Source: Schmidtea polychroa
Taxonomy: Eukaryota
Length of the DNA: 64,000 nt
Direction of reading: 5' to 3'
Assembly (NCBI GenBank): GCA_044892525.1
Contig: CM097888.1
Location: 63,178,001 to 63,242,000, forward strand
The position numbers and the translations under genes are program-made. Numbering within the stretch: position 1 is the stretch's first letter; every line of letters starts with the position of its first letter. The notes under the pieces were generated by a model. The model did not search any database, had not been told where the DNA came from, and saw only the letters and a list, made by a program, of their open reading frames with translations. This document shows, piece by piece, positions 13,343 to 24,800 of this stretch.

Positions 13343-14312
13343 CAACGGTGGGCAAATGCGGCTCTTCGTTGAGTAAACTGCGGCTCATTGATAATTGAAT
13401 TCTTGATAATCGAATTCGATTTTTTATTTTGAAATTTTTCACTAAATGTTTTGAGAAAAAATTTTTTGTTGCAATTGTATTTTCATAAATGTCAAAAATT
13501 AACGAAACATTGTTTTTCATATTTTACTGCTTTTTAAAATTATTTTGTAGTAGGCGGCGCTTTGTTATAACAACAAGAGAGAAGCATCAAAAATAAATTT
13601 AGTGAATTTTGATTGGTTATTATTTTGTTTGTACAAGATTGCGGTCGTTTGTATATTTTAGTATAGTTTTCTATTCGTGTTTTTTGAAGATTTGAAAAGT
13701 TATAAATCTACATTTGCATTTTTTGTGAACCCATTTATTTGTGATATTATTGAAGATGGATTTCCAATTTCTGAAGTAATACTTGTTAAAAAAGCGGTTG
13801 GGGTATTGGAGTTATTAGATATGAAAGAGGACCAGGCTTTGCAAATGCACCATAAATCTACTTCTATAGTTGAATTTTGGAAACTCGTACCAGAGGCAAA
13901 ATATCCACACTTAAAACAAGCTGCTTGCCGTCTAATTTCAATTTTTGGTACAACATATTGTTGTGAATCTTTGTACTCCACAATGAAGTTCGTAAAGTCG
14001 AAATATCGTTCACAGTTGACCAATCAGCATCTTACAGAATTGCTGCGAACAGCTTTAACAAAGTATACACCAAATTTCAAAGATTTGACCAAAAGTCTTC
14101 GTTAATTCAAGAAATTTTATTACTTTTTATTAATGGATTTTTATGTTTGTTACTTAATGTTTGAAATAATTATTTTGTTTTTTTTTAATAGCGTTTAAGT
14201 CTCTTTAATCAAATTAATGAAATAAAAAAAATATGTACTTTACTATGGTGGCTCTGTAAAAAATAAATTTTCGGAAAATGGCTCTTATTGAACCCATGCG
14301 TGCCCACCCTTG
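13343..14312 (+). mobile_element. Internally deleted hAT (GTF2IRD2/SPIN-like) transposon
   Basis: Perfect TSD TAATATTG on both sides, with TIRs CAACGGTGGGCA and rc CAAGGGTGGGCA. ORF 13677-14105 contains EFWK...KYPHLK...SIFGTTYCCESLYSTMKFVKSKYRSQLT. Confidence 0.92.
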
Positions 14313-15399
14313 TAATATTGAAATCGTGTTAAAACAAAGCAATTCGTGTAAAGAGAAAAAAAATTCTTTTTAATTCGTGTAAATACAAAAAAAAACAGGT
14401 GTATATTGAAAAATGAATTTATCTGAAAATTTGATATTTTAATTTCTTCACCATAAATCGATTATTTACAATTTCGTTTATCCTCATTTCGTGTTACAAA
14501 CTAAACAATAAGATTTTATTTAACAATATGCAGGATGTTTCGTAAGTAGTTAGTAGTTAGTGTGTATATAGTTTCAAATATCTCAAAAAAATAGACTAAA
14601 TGCGCCAAATATTTTTTATAGTATAATTATGTCCTAGTTTATTATTTATTATTCTTCACAGCAACTCTTTAATCTATTTATACTGAATACCCTTCTTGTA
14701 GCCTCAAGTGGTGGGTTACAAGTAAAGGAAACGAAACTTTCTTATTTCCATACATTACATTTTGTTAAGGCTTTCATCGTCTCCTTCCCCTCCAACTGAG
14801 CATAATTATTTTGTTTGACCACTAAATATCCATCGCAAGAGACGGGTGGTGGCCATCAACAAAAGGTGAGTTCTAACATAAGAACTGATAATGAACTGTC
14901 GCACCTCTTGGTTCATGTGCCTTCTTAATTATCTGATATTAAGAACTTGTTAAACATTGTAGACAAAACTGAACAATTAAATATTGGGATAAAATCCAAC
15001 TCAAAATTAATACAATATATATAGCAATTGTAAACCATGACTTTTTCATCTTGGAACATTTTGTTCCATGTTGTAAGTCCCAGTATGCTCAATATGATGT
15101 ACATATGATTAGATTTGAATTAGAAATGTATTTATGTCATTTAAAGATTTATTCGGGAACTTTAAAATATATAAGTTGCATGTAATTGAGAAGTAATGAA
15201 TATTTTGAAATGATGAATGAGGCCAACCCCGTCTTACGCGGCCTGAATGTCTACAATTCGTGAGAGATATGGTATGCTTCCCAGGGCACTTAAAATGTTA
15301 AGAAATGGGCTAGACGTATAATACAAATTTGTTCAAATAATTCAAAAAAAAATTCAAATTTGTTGCAACCTGATTATTAATATTAATATCGTAAATTTT

Positions 15400-15780
15400 T
15401 CATTTAATCCACCATGGATATCAGGACATCATGGACGTTTCCAACGCAGATTTATTGAAAGTTATCATCGTCGATAATAACTGGAACATGACTTATTTTT
15501 ATTAATAATTAAATAAATGTTTCTCGCAATAGTTATTCATCTTGGCCTATTCATTTCTTGTGGTATGGTTCATTTTCGACAATTGGGAGGTTCATCTTTC
15601 GCTGCTTTAGTGTACTTTAATTTCATAATTGTGTAAGATTTCAGTACTTTTCCATATCCAGCAGATTTTGTAAATTTTGATCACATATTACGTTTTTTTC
15701 TGTACAAAATCAGTTTTTACCCAAACACCAGTTTGAAATTTTCTGATGCTCATCGTTTTTTAATGAACCTTTTGCTTCTA
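15400..15780 (-). mobile_element. Possible heavily degraded Tc1-like transposase fragment
   Basis: Only weak translated resemblance (KLKYTKAAKDEP; VIIDDDNF), with many stops. Confidence 0.3.
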
Positions 15781-17540
15781 GTTCCATTAAAATATTTTAA
15801 TCTTGCAGTTTAATTTTGTTTACCTAATGATTATTGTAACATTTTCCTGTAACTTCTAAATTCCTATTTAATTTAGTTAGCATAATTTCAATAAAACCCC
15901 AACATTGGAATGGCCTCTTCCGCATTTGAATTGGTAATAAAACCACAACATAGATGTTGAAAATACGTAAACAAAAGCTAGTAGCAAGAATTGAGGAAAC
16001 CTTAAAATACATCCTAACCAAAACAAAGATCCTTACAAGCAATCCACAAATGATTACCATTTCGTGTGATATTAATATATCATTTATTAATAACATGCAA
16101 CTGAATATCGAAACTTCAAAAGGCAAAACCGAATAGAATGAAGTTAAAAGCATCATGTTCAGTCATAAAAGCAACATGCTATATTATACTATTATACACG
16201 AAAATGTTCAAATTTCAAAAACTTTTTAAGTAGTCGTCAGAGATAAGTCAAAAATTGAGTTACTCTAAATGAAACAAAACGGATCGAATAGACAATTGAA
16301 TATATATTTATCTATAGTGAACTTTACAAAGTCTAGCTATATCACTTATTATAAAAGTATTAATATAAAATACAAAATACATATTAACACAAATCAAGAA
16401 ACTCAAGGCATCATGTGAAATGTACAATGAGCAAAGACAATAATATACCAATAAACACTATCGAAATCAAGCCTTGCAGAGATTAATACTGTTTTGAACA
16501 AATGGTTCAATTTGTTTACAAAATAAACTAAATCCACAATTTGATAAATTGATAAGTGACCATAAATGTTCCTTATTGATATGTCTCAACATTTCAACAA
16601 TCGCTCACTTGTTATTTATCCACAAAATACTACAAAGAAAATCGATTAATTAGTGCTCATCTCAGAATCTAAAGATGAAGAGTCAGAACGTCCCGACGAG
16701 GACGAATCGGATGATGAAACGGATGAGAGAGCTGCTTGATGATGCGTTTGTTGTTCTAAAAGTTAATAAATTAGAATTCAAAAATATTTTGGAACTTTAT
16801 AAGGCAACCGACAGCGCTGCGAACGAATACGACAAAAATATATTACAAAACGTATTACAGAAATCAATTAGTAAATAATATAAATATTTACCATTGACTT
16901 TGGGATTTGAATTTTCAGAATTGATAATTGTAGTAGGAGCTATCAATACACTGTGGACATATTTCTCCAGTTTTCTCAGCGTCTTCGTTTGCAATAGTTC
17001 AAAATCAACTTCTATTTCATCGGGAGCGACATAACTAAATGACGGCTCGTTTTCTTGAATAATTTCCACGACTCTCCTTAACTTTGCACCAAATAATTGA
17101 CTGATATTTAATTGAAGTTGCCTTTTCTCTTCATAAATCATCGGCTCATAAATTTCTTCTTCTAACATCATGAGTTATAATTGTGAAGTAAAATGTAAGT
17201 TATGTTTTGATGAATGATTAAAGTAGTGTTTAAATTTAAATTTCAAAACTAATAAAATAATTTATTATTGTTTAAAGCAAACAAAAATATATTAAAAATA
17301 ATTTACATGAAAATGTTATTCAACTTTTAAAATGCTCATAAAAACATTTGAAAATAAAGTTTATATGTTCTAAATAGTTAGTAAAATTTAATGGGATTAG
17401 TATTATATTCGGACTGACACATTATTTTGGTTAAAATAGATTTTAAGATAACAATCTGACAATGCAGCTTATCAAACGGATTCAAAATTAGGTATACATC
17501 ATGGTTAAGATTTGTAATCATGAAAGTCTGCGTAATTTAA
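15781..17540 (-). repeat. Segmental duplicate of the BET gene 3' end (homologous to about 25786-27822)
   Basis: 15836-16626 is essentially identical to 25847-26637. The remainder is diverged, lacks about 225 bp of 3' flank and has a 90-bp in-frame exon deletion (27131-27220). Confidence 0.95.
16646..17171 (-). CDS. Putative stand-alone ET (extra-terminal) domain protein, 129 aa in two exons, or a pseudogene
   Basis: Exons are 17171-16892 and 16755-16646. ATG ATG start, phase-1 GT-AG intron and TAA are all retained. The product is [19 protein letters not shown]...[23 protein letters not shown] plus a Ser-rich tail. Expression is unknown. Confidence 0.55.
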
Positions 17541-17754
17541 TAACCCCGAATAATGAGTCAATTAGTCAAACAATTGGAGTAAATCCAGTTTGAACACTAT
17601 AGTCTTAGTCATTAGTCGTTACTCCATACTGTAGAAGAGTATGGAGTAACGATTAATGACTAAGACTATAGTGTTCATACTGGATTTACTCCCATTGTTT
17701 GACTAATTGACTCATTATTCGGAGTTATTAAATTACGCAGACTTCCATGATTAC
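17514..17754. repeat. Long fold-back inverted repeat (117-bp arms, 7-nt loop, 5 mismatches)
   Basis: 17514-17630 is the reverse complement of 17638-17754; the loop is gtagaag. Confidence 0.95.
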
Positions 17755-17829
17755 TTTCCTATTAGACGTCTAAATTAAATTTTAATATTAAGTTTTGCTT
17801 ATCTTCTGCTTGCTGATTTTCTCATCATC

Positions 17830-19469
17830 TCGTCATCGACCTTCTCTATTCCTTTCCTAAAAGCATATATTCTTCATTTAACTCCACTTGGTAGTATGCA
17901 TTAACAAAATCAATTGAGCTAAAAAACGGATCCCTCCTAACAAATCTAACATTTCGTCTATGTTTGGCATTGAGAATGCCTGCCTCTCCGTTACTGCGTT
18001 CAGCTGCCTGAAATCCAATCATAGCCAAATATCCTTTTTCTCTTTTTTTCATACACAATTAACGGTGTGTTTCATTGGCAGTTGCATTTCCGTATAATCC
18101 CGTTTTCGTACAAATTTTGTATTGCTTCTTCAATTTTTGTTTCCAAATTTAATGGTTGACGATATGGTTTTATGTTTATCAGTTTGCTCTTGTAATTATC
18201 TTATGTTTTACCAAATGCGTGCGACGCATATCCAATTTATCCGCCATAAACACGTTTCCACTGTTCGTTATTATTTCTTTTAATTTGCTATTCTCATTAA
18301 TCTTTAGGTGTTCCAACGCTCGCGTCAATCTTTCTCCATCCTTTAATTGTCTGCCGAATTTTGCTTCAATGTTACAAATATAGTTCTTGTCTTTTTCACT
18401 AGATTCGATATCTTTCTTTTTTGCCAGCCTACATCCAAATGCTTCTTGTAATTCTACTCCTCCAATCACCTCTGGTGTCACTTTCTCCTCCACAATAAAT
18501 CTAACTTCCTTGGTAATATCTCCGATAGTTACTTTAACCTTTGTTCTTCCAATTGTCTCTTTCTTACTTTCGTTTTTACATCGTAACTTATCGTCGCTTC
18601 TCATAAATTGTTGTCCTCGTTACACTCATTACGTTTATTCGTGCTCCGATGTCTAATAAACAGTCGAAAATTTCCCCATTCATCATTACTGTTACACTAG
18701 GTTTTTCCTGTAGCTTGTTATACACAATTTCTATCTCCTGCCCCATTTCAATTGTTCCAATTCTTTTCACTTTCTCTTCAAACTTTTCTCTCCTTAGGAA
18801 CCTGTATACTTTCTCACTTACCCTTCCGACACTCTCCCACTTTTCTACCCCTTGAGGATATCCCATCCACTTTTCTGTGGTGGAGCCCCATTATTTGTGT
18901 ACGTCCTACTAAAATTATCTTCATTTGTCTCTATGCACGATTCCATTTCCTCTTCTTCCTCGATTCAATTAATCCGGCTGTATCTGTTTCCTATCGGTCT
19001 TTGTTTCTCTATCGTTTTCTTGTAACTCGACTTTATATAACTTTCTTCAGATCTATGACCATTTCTGTTGTATCTTTTACACTGTATTTCTAGACATAAC
19101 CTTCGTATATAACCTTTTTTCCCACAACCAAAACATATTGGCACTTTTTTATCTGGACAATTCCTACTTATATGTCCGCTTCTGTGACACGTCCAGCACT
19201 CTATCTTACTTCTTACTGGACAGTCTATTTTCATGTGACCTATTTTGTGGTATAGCCAGCACCCTGGTTCTTCTCGTCTCCTGCCTTCTTCGCTTTCATC
19301 TTCCTGCTTGTACTGTCCTCTTCTCTGTGAATCCTGATAGACCACTTTTGCGTAACTTTTCATAGCGTTTATCTGATCTCTCTCCTTTAGCATCGAAATA
19401 AATCTTGCATCTTCTAATGAACTTAACAAAATCTTTCGGTGATCGCGTCGGTGTTTACCGCTGCCACCA
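17830..19469 (-). mobile_element. Degenerate Ty3/Gypsy LTR retrotransposon (PBS, partial gag, protease, start of RT)
   Basis: A PBS-like TGGTGGCAGCGGT lies at 19469-19457. CCHC knuckles include CWTCHRSGHISRNC and CFGCGKKGYIRRLC. The protease-like motif is CLLDIGARINVMS and the RT motif FSSIDFVNAYYQV. Confidence 0.9.
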
Positions 19470-20260
19470 TATTAGGATTCTCATCCGTTAACACATTAAT
19501 ATTTGTTTGCAAATCACTAAATAATTCCATAAATTTTATTTAATAAATTATACGCTCAAAACTTATCTCTTCTTTTGTTCTTATTTAAACAAATTTCAAT
19601 CTTTCTTTAAAAATATTTTTCGATAAAAAATGTTTAAAATTTAACAAAATTTCTAATTAAACTTTTAAAATCTTTCATCTTCCTCAAAAGTATAAAAAGA
19701 GAGCTCAGAAATAGACATGCCGTCATTTAGTCGAAGAAAAAAAGAGAGTATTAGATTGAGCAAAAGGTGCAAATATTGACAAATTGGAATTTGATTGAAA
19801 TTAAATAAAATAATTCTGTGTTGGATTTCGACTTATTTGTTTGAATAAGAGAACACGAGAAGTCAGAGAGAGAACCGATTTTAAAAATAAAAACCCAACA
19901 AATGTATTTAATCATATTTGTTTTCACTTTGAAATACTAAGACTAATTAACAAGGAAATTGCAACCTTAATGTAAAACATATGCAAACTTTAACAAAGAC
20001 ATTCTATAAACAAACTTACAATATCGCTTTAAAGTGTTAATAATTAATTATCGATTTATTTATTGTTTAGAATGTTTAATCAACTTTTTGTTGGAAAACT
20101 AACTGAAATAAATTGTGTAAATATCCATGAGATATTAAACGCATTAAATCTAGAATGGACAGTTTCGAGTGAAGATTCAGGAATTGATGAAGAAAACTCT
20201 CAAGAAAATGATGAGGAAATCACTCCAGAAATTGATGAAATTGAAGAGGATGCTCTAGAT

Positions 20261-20653
20261 CAGTGCTACTCAAAGTGTGGTACGCGTACCGGTGCCGGTA
20301 CGCGAAGAGATTTTCAAAGGAAAATAAAAAGGAATATGTCGATTTGTTTTTTATTATACATTTATTATATGTTTCCAGTATAAATGAATACTATTACGAA
20401 TGTTCAATTAATATTTTCTTGGGTCATAAACAATTAATTAAATGGCACAAATAAGCTACCGATTACTGGCACAATGGGAAGACTTGCATGATAATGATTA
20501 GTGATCTTAAATTGAATAAGACTTCATGTCATCATGATTAGTCGTCGCTTTTTTCCCATTTCCCTCTTGCGATAGCTAGATTGGCTAGTCGGTCCCTGTC
20601 GAATAAAAAAAACATCTGCCGGTACGCCACATCAGAAAGTTTGAGAAGCACTG
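20261..20653. mobile_element. hAT-Charlie-type MITE
   Basis: TIRs are CAGTGCTACTCAAA and rc CAGTGCTTCTCAAA. The perfect TSD CTCTAGAT has the TCTAGA core typical of Charlie elements. Confidence 0.93.
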
Positions 20654-20914
20654 CTCTAGATCATGTTCATCATTCTCTGGTAGTCGATATAATTTCCCGT
20701 GATGATTTTCTCAGTCCGATTGACTAAGAAACTGAGTCTTTGAGTGATAATCTCTTTGACCAAGCGTTTAATATGTTTTGTACAAAATTAGATTGTGACA
20801 TTTTACAATAATTTTTAACATGCTGATTTATTTATACTAATACTGTTTGTGTGCAATATGATTCTGAATGGTAAAACATAAATGTAAGACATACCAGTTT
20901 TTATTTGATACAAT

Positions 20915-21409
20915 ATGAATGCGTTATTTCTATTAATAATTAGCATAATGAGTGTGCGCTCGCAAAATATAACAATAACAGAGGATTCTTCAAATAAAAC
21001 AATATGTTTTTGTCCAATTATCACCAAGTTGTTGGATATTTTATATATTATAGACAAACCAAAATGGTTAAAACATCAGAAAAAAGAATATCTGTAAGAA
21101 TGAAGAATTTAGAGACTGGACATGACCTATTATTTAAATATATTCAAGCCATAAAACTTAAATTACATGACCAATTCAAAAAATCAATTGTTGAAAAAAA
21201 AGGATATGAAAATTATTGACAAGAAACATGATCATTTGTTAAGAAAGATTGAAATAATAATAAATGATATTCGAAAAATCAAAGGATCAATAGAATATTT
21301 GAAAACTGTTAATAATTCAAATTCGACGATTTCAAACAATATGGCAGCAAATATGAGTACATCAATATTTACATTACCATTTTTCATTTTAAATTATTTC
21401 ATTGTTTAA
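20915..21409 (+). pseudogene. Frameshifted ORF for a putative secreted or membrane-anchored protein (about 164 aa)
   Basis: It has a hydrophobic N-terminus (MNALFLLIISIMSVRSQ) and C-terminus (IFTLPFFILNYFIV*). Three overlapping ORFs join if one A is added in the A6 run and one removed from the A8 run. Confidence 0.4.
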
Positions 21410-21651
21410 TAAATGTATTGATTTTTGTTTCATTGTTTTGAATAATATACCTTTGCGGCATGTTGAGTGTTATCAGTACCCTTGTGACCAATACCCACAG
21501 GGAGACAAAATATCTTGTCGGATAAAGTTTGACTATATAATAATAATAATAAATCCCACTCGCATAATAGCCCTTTGAAAGACCTTTAAAATAAATCATA
21601 GATCAATAAAATGGATGGACGTGAACTCTTAAAAATTAATGTTTTTAAATT

Positions 21652-21891
21652 TGATCTTGAATGAGTCATCCAATGACCTTGAATGAGTCATGGTCTTTGT
21701 TTAATTAACCTTGGAAAAAAACATTGACCTTGAAGGATTCATCCAATGACTATTAATGAGTCATGGCCTTTGTTTAAATGACATTGGAAATAAACATTGA
21801 CCTTGGATGAGTCATTGTCTTTGTCTAAATGACCTTGAATGAGTCCTTGCTTAAATGAACTTTTTAAAAATTTCTTCTCGGGGGTAGGGGT
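21652..21891. repeat. TGACCTT/ATGAGTCAT motif array (two ~73-bp higher-order units plus a partial) ending in GGGGGTAGGGG
   Basis: Four exact TGACCTT and four exact ATGAGTCAT were counted by eye. Confidence 0.85.
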
Positions 21892-21899
21892 ATGTCTTT

Positions 21900-24800
21900 A
21901 TGCAAGAGAGGCCAGTGGTTTAGAGGGTCGCTATCTCTCTACTTTTTGTATTTCTATCTTGTCGATAGTTAGGTACATTTTTCATTGAGAAGTATTTCGG
22001 TAGCCTTGTCATAGGTTTTGGAAATTTTGTTCTTGCAGTTCGTTGGATTTTGAGAGCTTTTGATAATACTCTTTTGTCCATGTATTATTTTTATAATTTT
22101 TTTATTAGTAGTTGGATTGAGTTTAGAACTTTCTCCTTATTTTTGTTAATGCTGTTTTTCGTTTTTGTTTCTCTTTTTTCTCATTTGAATTTGTGTACTA
22201 TTTTTTTGTTGTAGTAGTTTTATTATCATTAGTAGTTTTTGTTCTGTATATATATCTCCTTTGTTAACTCTGGTAGGACATTCTACCGAGTTAACAATAT
22301 GCATTTTTCTTGCGGATGCTCAGTGCGTTATTCTGAGTGCGATATTTAAACAAAATCATAGGTTTCCTTAATTTGTGGCCAACAAAAGAAAGAAATGGCA
22401 ATGAATTAAGTTAGGAAAACATGCACGCCACTGAATTGCACCACATCAGCAGATGTATCTACGAGGTAACTTCTTGTCGAACCAGCTACAAACACAACTT
22501 CATCCTCGAATTTGAAATTTTCGTTAAATTATCCATTCAGTTTTGTTTAATTTTAATAGAAAGGTTACGCGAATGATTTAATATTGACTTTAAAACCGTG
22601 ATGCAGTAAATGGAAACGCAAAACACTCAGGCGGAGCGCTTAAGGGATCTCTAAATAACTATTAAAGCCACGTGGTTTTCACCCGCGGCAAAGAAGAGAC
22701 AAAAGCAATGATGACTATACTTGACGAGAAAAAGCAAGCGAGAGCTAGAACCGAGAGAGACCCTGAAGCAGAAGTAAAATCGATGCAAACCTGGGATAGC
22801 TGATTCGTTGATGGTAGGAACTTAATTATTTATTTTGAACAAAAAAATTTCTTTATTCTTCTAATTAATTTAATTTTTTTACAATAATGCTTTAATTTTT
22901 TCAGTTATATTTTTCTTTTCATTAAAATGTGTTTCAATCTGCAATTTCTTGGGGGTTTTATTTTTTATTAGTCATGTTTTTATTTATTTTCTTGTTTATT
23001 TGGTGTTTTGTAAGGGTTTTAAATCTACTTCTTGCGGTTTATGCTGTTGTGTGGCTTCCTCTGGCAGAATTTCTTTTAATTTATTCATTTATTTATTTAT
23101 CTGCCTTCTGGATCAACAAATTATATGACAGGTTAGTCAAAAATATCCAAAAATCAGAATTTATTTTTTCTGCTTATGACAATCGTGTCAATAAACACCT
23201 TTTATTAAAGGTACGCATTCACAAGCAGGCTTGATAAAATTACTTGGATTTTCGTCATATATATATATTTTTTCCGGATGTCTAACATTAAAATAATATA
23301 AACACTAAAAGCTTTGTGATACCCAGTGCAAATCCCAATAGTAGACTAGTTTCGAGCTTTTGGCTCTCATCAGTACTATGCAGGAGACGCGAAGGAGACG
23401 CTGATTCAACTCTATTGCACACTTTCTCTGGAACACTGGAAATCACATCACTTGCAAATTAGCTAAATTACAGAAAAAATATCTGCAAACTTGTAAACAT
23501 GGCGTATGAAAAATCATATTCGCCTCTGGAGACACCGTCTATACACAGAAACTGTTTACAAGTTCATCCGTAAACCTTTAGTATTTTTAACTCGTCGGTT
23601 CAGGAGTTAGTCAAGTGCGAATGACTCTTTAGAAAATCGGTCTGGCAGAATTTAGAGTTGTGAACAGGCGCCCCTTGTGCCATGTCATAGAACGGTCAAA
23701 GTTTTCCAATGGTCGGACTCTAGGAGGTACCGATATGACGGTTCGGTTCACCTGAGGCCCGTCTAGAGAAATATGGAAGACCAGTGAGGGTTGAGAACCT
23801 GGATGACCGGTAGGTCGGCTAGGCGGAGAACACCCTGCGTATGATTCTGCTAGAGCTTTTCTAGTGAGTGGTACGAAAAACCTAAATTTGTCAGAGTGCT
23901 AAGTTTTGTTGAACAACTAACTTTACAAATAAGAGAAAGTCTGTCTCGGGAAGAATAGTTAGTGAAATTCAAGAGTCAGAAAGATGATAGGAGTGGTCAA
24001 CAAAGAATGTGACAAAACATTAGTAGCATAGGACCCACATGCAGCCAGTGTCGATAAGAATCACCCTTAGTTACTCTCAGTAAAGGTAGTTAACCGCCAG
24101 AGTGCACGACGATTAAAGTTACATTATGGTAAAATCAGATGTAGTAAAAATAGGATGACGCTATATCACGAATCACAGAGAAGGACGAAAATACTAATCA
24201 GTAAGTTTCAGATCCGCAACGTGATTAGGTCATTAAAGAAAGTCCATATGCAATCTTAGGTAGTCCACGAGTAATGAGCGCTAACACTTTAACTTCCAAA
24301 GATCCGCTTGAATGCAAAATAGTAAATGAGCGAAAACTCAACCCGAGTCACACCCGCAACCGATAATCAAATTACAGCATTTAGGACCATTCTAGATTAA
24401 TCTCATGCAAATCTTCCAACCACAATAAATTTTGAGTCGCACCATATTATAAAATATTTCATTAATACATTTTACGAATCCCATGATAAATTCACTGGTC
24501 ATCTACGAACAATTATAACAATTGGCACTTCGAAACACAATGATAAATATCAAAAGTCTATTCCGGATTAACTTCAACATTAGCAACAGCGGTTCAATGG
24601 AGTGAATAATCAATTATATAAACATTTAGTTAACTTAAATATCACAGTATACTACTGCATTAAGCAATTCTAGAATCGTTCATTTAGAAAAAAAGAATTT
24701 TGTCCGCACCTCAAGTACGCATATTATTTTTTGAAACTGTAACAGTTGCTAATTAAATATTTATTCAAGAATATAAAAATTTTGGGTGGGAGTTTTAATC

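Noticed and set aside
15824-16156. Hydrophobic 110-aa ORF (also 25835-26167)
   Set aside because: No recognisable motif. It lies in the BET 3' flank, is duplicated only because the flank is, and such ORFs are common in AT-rich DNA.
20722-20730. Aligned TAA/TAG in two homologous segments suggesting stop-codon reassignment
   Set aside because: They are reverse complements of Leu codons TTA/CTA in the minus-strand frame, and the host genes use TAA as a normal stop.
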